NCBI GenBank assembly: GCA_030141605.1
Contig: JAQGDQ010000198.1
Span: forward strand, 62,001-126,000
Direction: 5' to 3'
DNA: 64,000 bases
Source: Tubiluchus corallicola
Taxonomy: Eukaryota; Animalia; Priapulida
Numbering within the stretch: position 1 is the first letter of the stretch; each line of letters opens with the position of its first letter. A program made the translations under genes and the position numbers. Of the stretch, positions 62,201-64,000 are shown piece after piece. The notes beneath the pieces were generated by a model, which was not told the origin of the DNA, made no database searches, and worked only from the letters and a program-made list of their open reading frames with translations.

Positions 62201-62544
62201 TTATTATATCTTGTTATCTTCACAACCAGGCATGGCAATACACGTTGTTTGGGTATACTGTCATTTATGCGCACTCAGTCCAAAGTGCCCTAGTAGATTC
62301 ATCCTAAATTATCCACACAGGAAAAAACATAATCGCGATATAAGGGACACAAACTACGACAGTACTGTGTTAGTGCGGGAACATATTTATTTTAGAAATA
62401 GTTCAATTAGTTGTAAAATTGACACTTACAATCCAAAAACCTTCGAATTTCTTTGCCAACTTCTCCTTTAGTCGAAAATTCGTGCCACGTTATGTAACAC
62501 ACATAATCAAATAACCAGCCATTAACTATTTCTTGAACATTCAT
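33831..62544 (-). CDS. TERF1/2: Telomeric repeat-binding factor (TRF1/TRF2 family): TRFH domain + linker + telobox Myb
   Basis: TRFH exons in phase: 62544-62430 (MNVQEIVNGWLFDYVCYITWHEF), 60082-59868 (LLVQILCALSD...RRMLVVE), 59379-59293 (AVLVCCKDGDFEKAREVYQRH), 58623-58474 (IQGILESEEEKH...SYRKFIDQI...PMLIE). Linker exons (S/K/R-rich): 45166 or 45135-44958, 44627-44531, 43758-43572, 43325-43197, 43079-43026, 42794-42727, 42583-42514, 40632-40547. Telobox exons 39700-39636 (RRRKWTQDEE) and 34004-33831 (IRFFKAVKKYGEGQWRRIL...HRTNVNLKDKWRSM...stop). Junction 58474 to ~45166 and 42727 to 42583 not fully resolved. Confidence 0.88.
35007..35220. repeat. Degenerate ~20-bp minisatellite with AAAAC..GTTTT-like quasi-palindromic units
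   Basis: aaaaccctagcttcactcag / aaaacctaaagttttgctacc / gaaactatagttttctgaga / gaaattatgattttcgaac / aaaactcgagatttttaaac / aaaactacggtttcctaac ... Confidence 0.7.
36395..37075 (-). mobile_element. Probable PIF/Harbinger relic with tandemly amplified Myb/SANT-like coding fragment
   Basis: GGCCAGTTTCACAAAG at 36395 resembles Harbinger TIR starts; 36797-37022 is a ~63-bp unit x3.5 whose minus strand reads KRPKLAVKELEIMITEFE / LFGKQELEIMITEVEKAK / LFSKQELEMMITEVEKGK with stops, resembling the start of Harbinger/NAIF1-type Myb-like domains. Confidence 0.5.
37560..37590 (+). mobile_element. Solo end of the same Tc1/mariner-like family as 16528-17074
   Basis: tatagggtgacacaaaagtcact matches tatagggtgtcgcaaaagtcact at 16526. 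Confidence 0.55.
37840..38330 (-). mobile_element. Probable LINE 3' end relic
   Basis: (TAT)n/ttattta tail, GC-rich hairpin ggccagcag...ctgctggcc at ~37958-38007 and T-rich 3' UTR on the minus strand, as in L2/CR1-type tails. Confidence 0.4.
44174..44273. repeat. (GT)n(GA)n compound microsatellite
   Basis: ~73 bp GT repeat directly followed by ~27 bp GA repeat; source of the HTHT/CVCV ORFs. Confidence 0.97.
47977..52184 (-). CDS. Uncharacterised secreted helical Cys-containing protein, 5 exons, 286 aa, nested in a TRF intron on the same strand
   Basis: GT-AG exons 52184-52151, 49925-49739, 49154-48886, 48473-48314, 48187-47977 join in frame (861 nt, intron phases 1-2-1-2). Signal peptide MAKTTLAVFLTALVIGSYA|CD, 10 Cys in the mature chain, no TM helix. 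Confidence 0.88.
50031..50175 (+). mobile_element. tRNA-derived SINE-like repeat (copy 1)
   Basis: A-box-like gtggcctagtgg and B-box-like gtttaaatcc followed by agactatattccaactttttcacatacc...aaaatttaattaattg shared with 54023-54210; no intact cloverleaf. Confidence 0.6.
52269..52275 (-). promoter_or_regulatory. TATA box of the nested secreted-protein gene
   Basis: Minus-strand TATATAAG ~85 bp upstream of the ATG at 52184, flanked by GC-richer sequence. Confidence 0.6.
54023..54210 (+). mobile_element. tRNA-derived SINE-like repeat (copy 2)
   Basis: gtggcttagt...gggtttaaatctagactgtattcaaactttttcgcatacc...aaaatttcattaattg, homologous to 50031-50175. Confidence 0.55.
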
Positions 62545-62633
62545 TATTGATTTAAATCCTTTTTATCTGTATCCCTGACGAAAAATGATTGCAAAAAGTG
62601 AAACAGGTTGTTGGTTGCTGTGGAAGCTGCCAT
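62544..62633 (-). other. 29-codon upstream ORF whose stop overlaps the TRF start (TAATG)
   Basis: gacATGG at 62633 reads MAASTATNNLFHFLQSFFVRDTDKKDLNQ-TAA; TAA 62546-62544 shares its last A with TRF ATG 62544-62542. Confidence 0.45.
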
Positions 62634-62640
62634 GTCTGTA

Positions 62641-62654
62641 GTTTCCCGCGCAAC
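62641..62654. promoter_or_regulatory. X-box-like (RFX) site, TRF-proximal
   Basis: GTTTCCCGCGCAAC resembles GTTNCCNNGGNAAC with one mismatch. Confidence 0.4.
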
Positions 62655-62860
62655 AAAAAATACGTATCGTAAATTCTTGAGCAAACTGCAATAAGAAAAA
62701 TATAAATAACAACTTAATATAAGCAATAAATAATTCAGGTGCAAAATAGAATTAAAACAAATAATATTTTATTTTTTACAGTTGCAAAGAATTGACAACG
62801 TGTTGGGGTTCTCTGTTAAGATCGCATTTCATTTGTCGATTACGAATTTACGAAAAACCC

Positions 62861-62874
62861 GTTGACATGACAAC
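62861..62874. promoter_or_regulatory. X-box (RFX) site upstream of SPEF1
   Basis: GTTGACATGACAAC, near-palindromic match to GTTGCCATGGCAAC, ~115 bp upstream of a ciliary gene ATG. Confidence 0.65.
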
Positions 62875-62989
62875 AGATACAGCGATAGTGTACAAATTTC
62901 TTACATATACGGTTGTCAATATTACATTTTTTGCATCGTTCTTTTAACTGATTTTGCTAAAACGTGTTAAAAATTGCCAATGGAAGGTC

Positions 62990-63110
62990 ATGCCTAAAGC
63001 TACGTTTGAAGAATTAGACGAAGAAACGTTAGAAGATTTGTACAACTGGGTAGATGAGATTCCTTTATCACGCCCAAAAAAGAACATTAACAGAGATTTT
63101 TCTGATGGAG
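62990..63110 (+). CDS. SPEF1: Sperm flagellar protein 1 (CH-domain, CLAMP), first coding exon; gene continues beyond the window
   Basis: MPKATFEELDEETLEDLYNWVDEIPLSRPKKNINRDFSDG matches the SPEF1 N-terminus (LYxWVDxIPLSRPKxNxxRDFSDG); exon ends GAT GGA G|gt, phase 1. Confidence 0.9.
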
Positions 63111-63343
63111 GTCTATATTTATATTATATTTATATCGATGACTTCAATTATTTTTATTAATGTTATTGTAAAACTAAATTAGCAGAGTAAATACTATGAA
63201 TTATATTTCTCTGAAATACGTCTTAAATGTATAGTTAGTTTTAGCAACTTTAATATAATAATAATAATATAATAATAATCTTTTATTTATCTTTTAACAC
63301 ACGCACAGTTACAATACAATTAATTTGGCAACAAAAATGTGAA

Positions 63344-63389
63344 GAAAGGGCAGCGAAAGACCAATTGGTCATCTAGTCAGCTGCCCTTT
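63344..63389 (-). repeat. Dispersed repeat: stem-loop of a retroposon 3' tail (copy 2)
   Basis: aagggcagc-gaaagaccaattggtcatctagtca-gctgccctt hairpin, preceded on + by (TAA)n and tttatttat (minus-strand AATAAA and tail); homologous to 25734-25780. Confidence 0.6.
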
Positions 63390-64000
63390 AAATAATAACT
63401 CAATACAATAATAGTAATTAGTATTGTAACTACGTAATATAAATAACTTTTATTTTCAGTTGCTTAAAAGAAACTTTATTAATTGTGTGTTAATTGTTAT
63501 GTAACTGCAAAACAAACAAAAATATGAGCAAGTAGTCTTGCAAATGTGGCAAATGTAGATAAATTCCATCCATACGCCTGTAGCTGCATTTGCCGTTCAC
63601 CAACAGTCTAATTATTTTCATTCACAGTTACACCATCGGAGGGAATACCTAAACCATTTCCTTTGATTACCTAACTACTAGAGTGTTTTGCCATTAGTCT
63701 CCACACAGAACTTAACTAGTTAACAAGGCTTTTGTTTTTGGTGTAGCCTGTAGTGCTACAAACACTTGATTTTTTAGTAAACTAGAATGGACAAATTTCT
63801 ACACTGTAGTTTTCCCAAAACTAGCCAAAAGAGAGGCACCAAAATACTGCAGTATTTATCAAAATTTTAGTTGTCATGATAGTGTAGGTTAGTACCATGT
63901 CTTAATATAATAATTAATGCTGACTAGAAATTGCATCACATTGGTAAAATTTTCATGACATATGGTCATCATTGCCCAAACTCCTATTCCTTTCTACATG

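Overview
AT-rich, intron-containing metazoan (most likely non-vertebrate) genomic DNA; most short ORFs in the supplied track are spurious or single exons. By hand-splicing I support five protein-coding genes: (1) a complete 9-exon cytosolic acetoacetyl-CoA thiolase (ACAT2, +, 1022-8043); (2) a 2-exon BK-channel beta-subunit-like gene (KCNMB family, +, 12233-28816, 15.9-kb intron); (3) a ~29-kb telomeric repeat-binding factor gene (TRF1/TRF2 family, -, 62544-33831) with an N-terminal TRFH domain, low-complexity linker and C-terminal telobox Myb domain; (4) a complete 5-exon, TATA-driven gene for an unknown secreted 10-Cys protein nested on the SAME strand inside a TRF intron (-, 52184-47977); (5) exon 1 of SPEF1 (+, 62990-63110), head-to-head with TRF across ~445 bp containing RFX X-box-like sites. 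The rest is introns/intergenic DNA with LINE, SINE, Tc1/mariner and probable Harbinger relics and tandem repeats. The most interesting element is the TRF locus: same-strand nested orphan gene, a TAATG stop/start uORF, a TRFH with an apparently shortened docking loop, a RAP1-binding-like motif, and a shared promoter with a ciliary gene. The TRF linker exon chain is only partly resolved; family assignments are from recalled motifs, not database searches.
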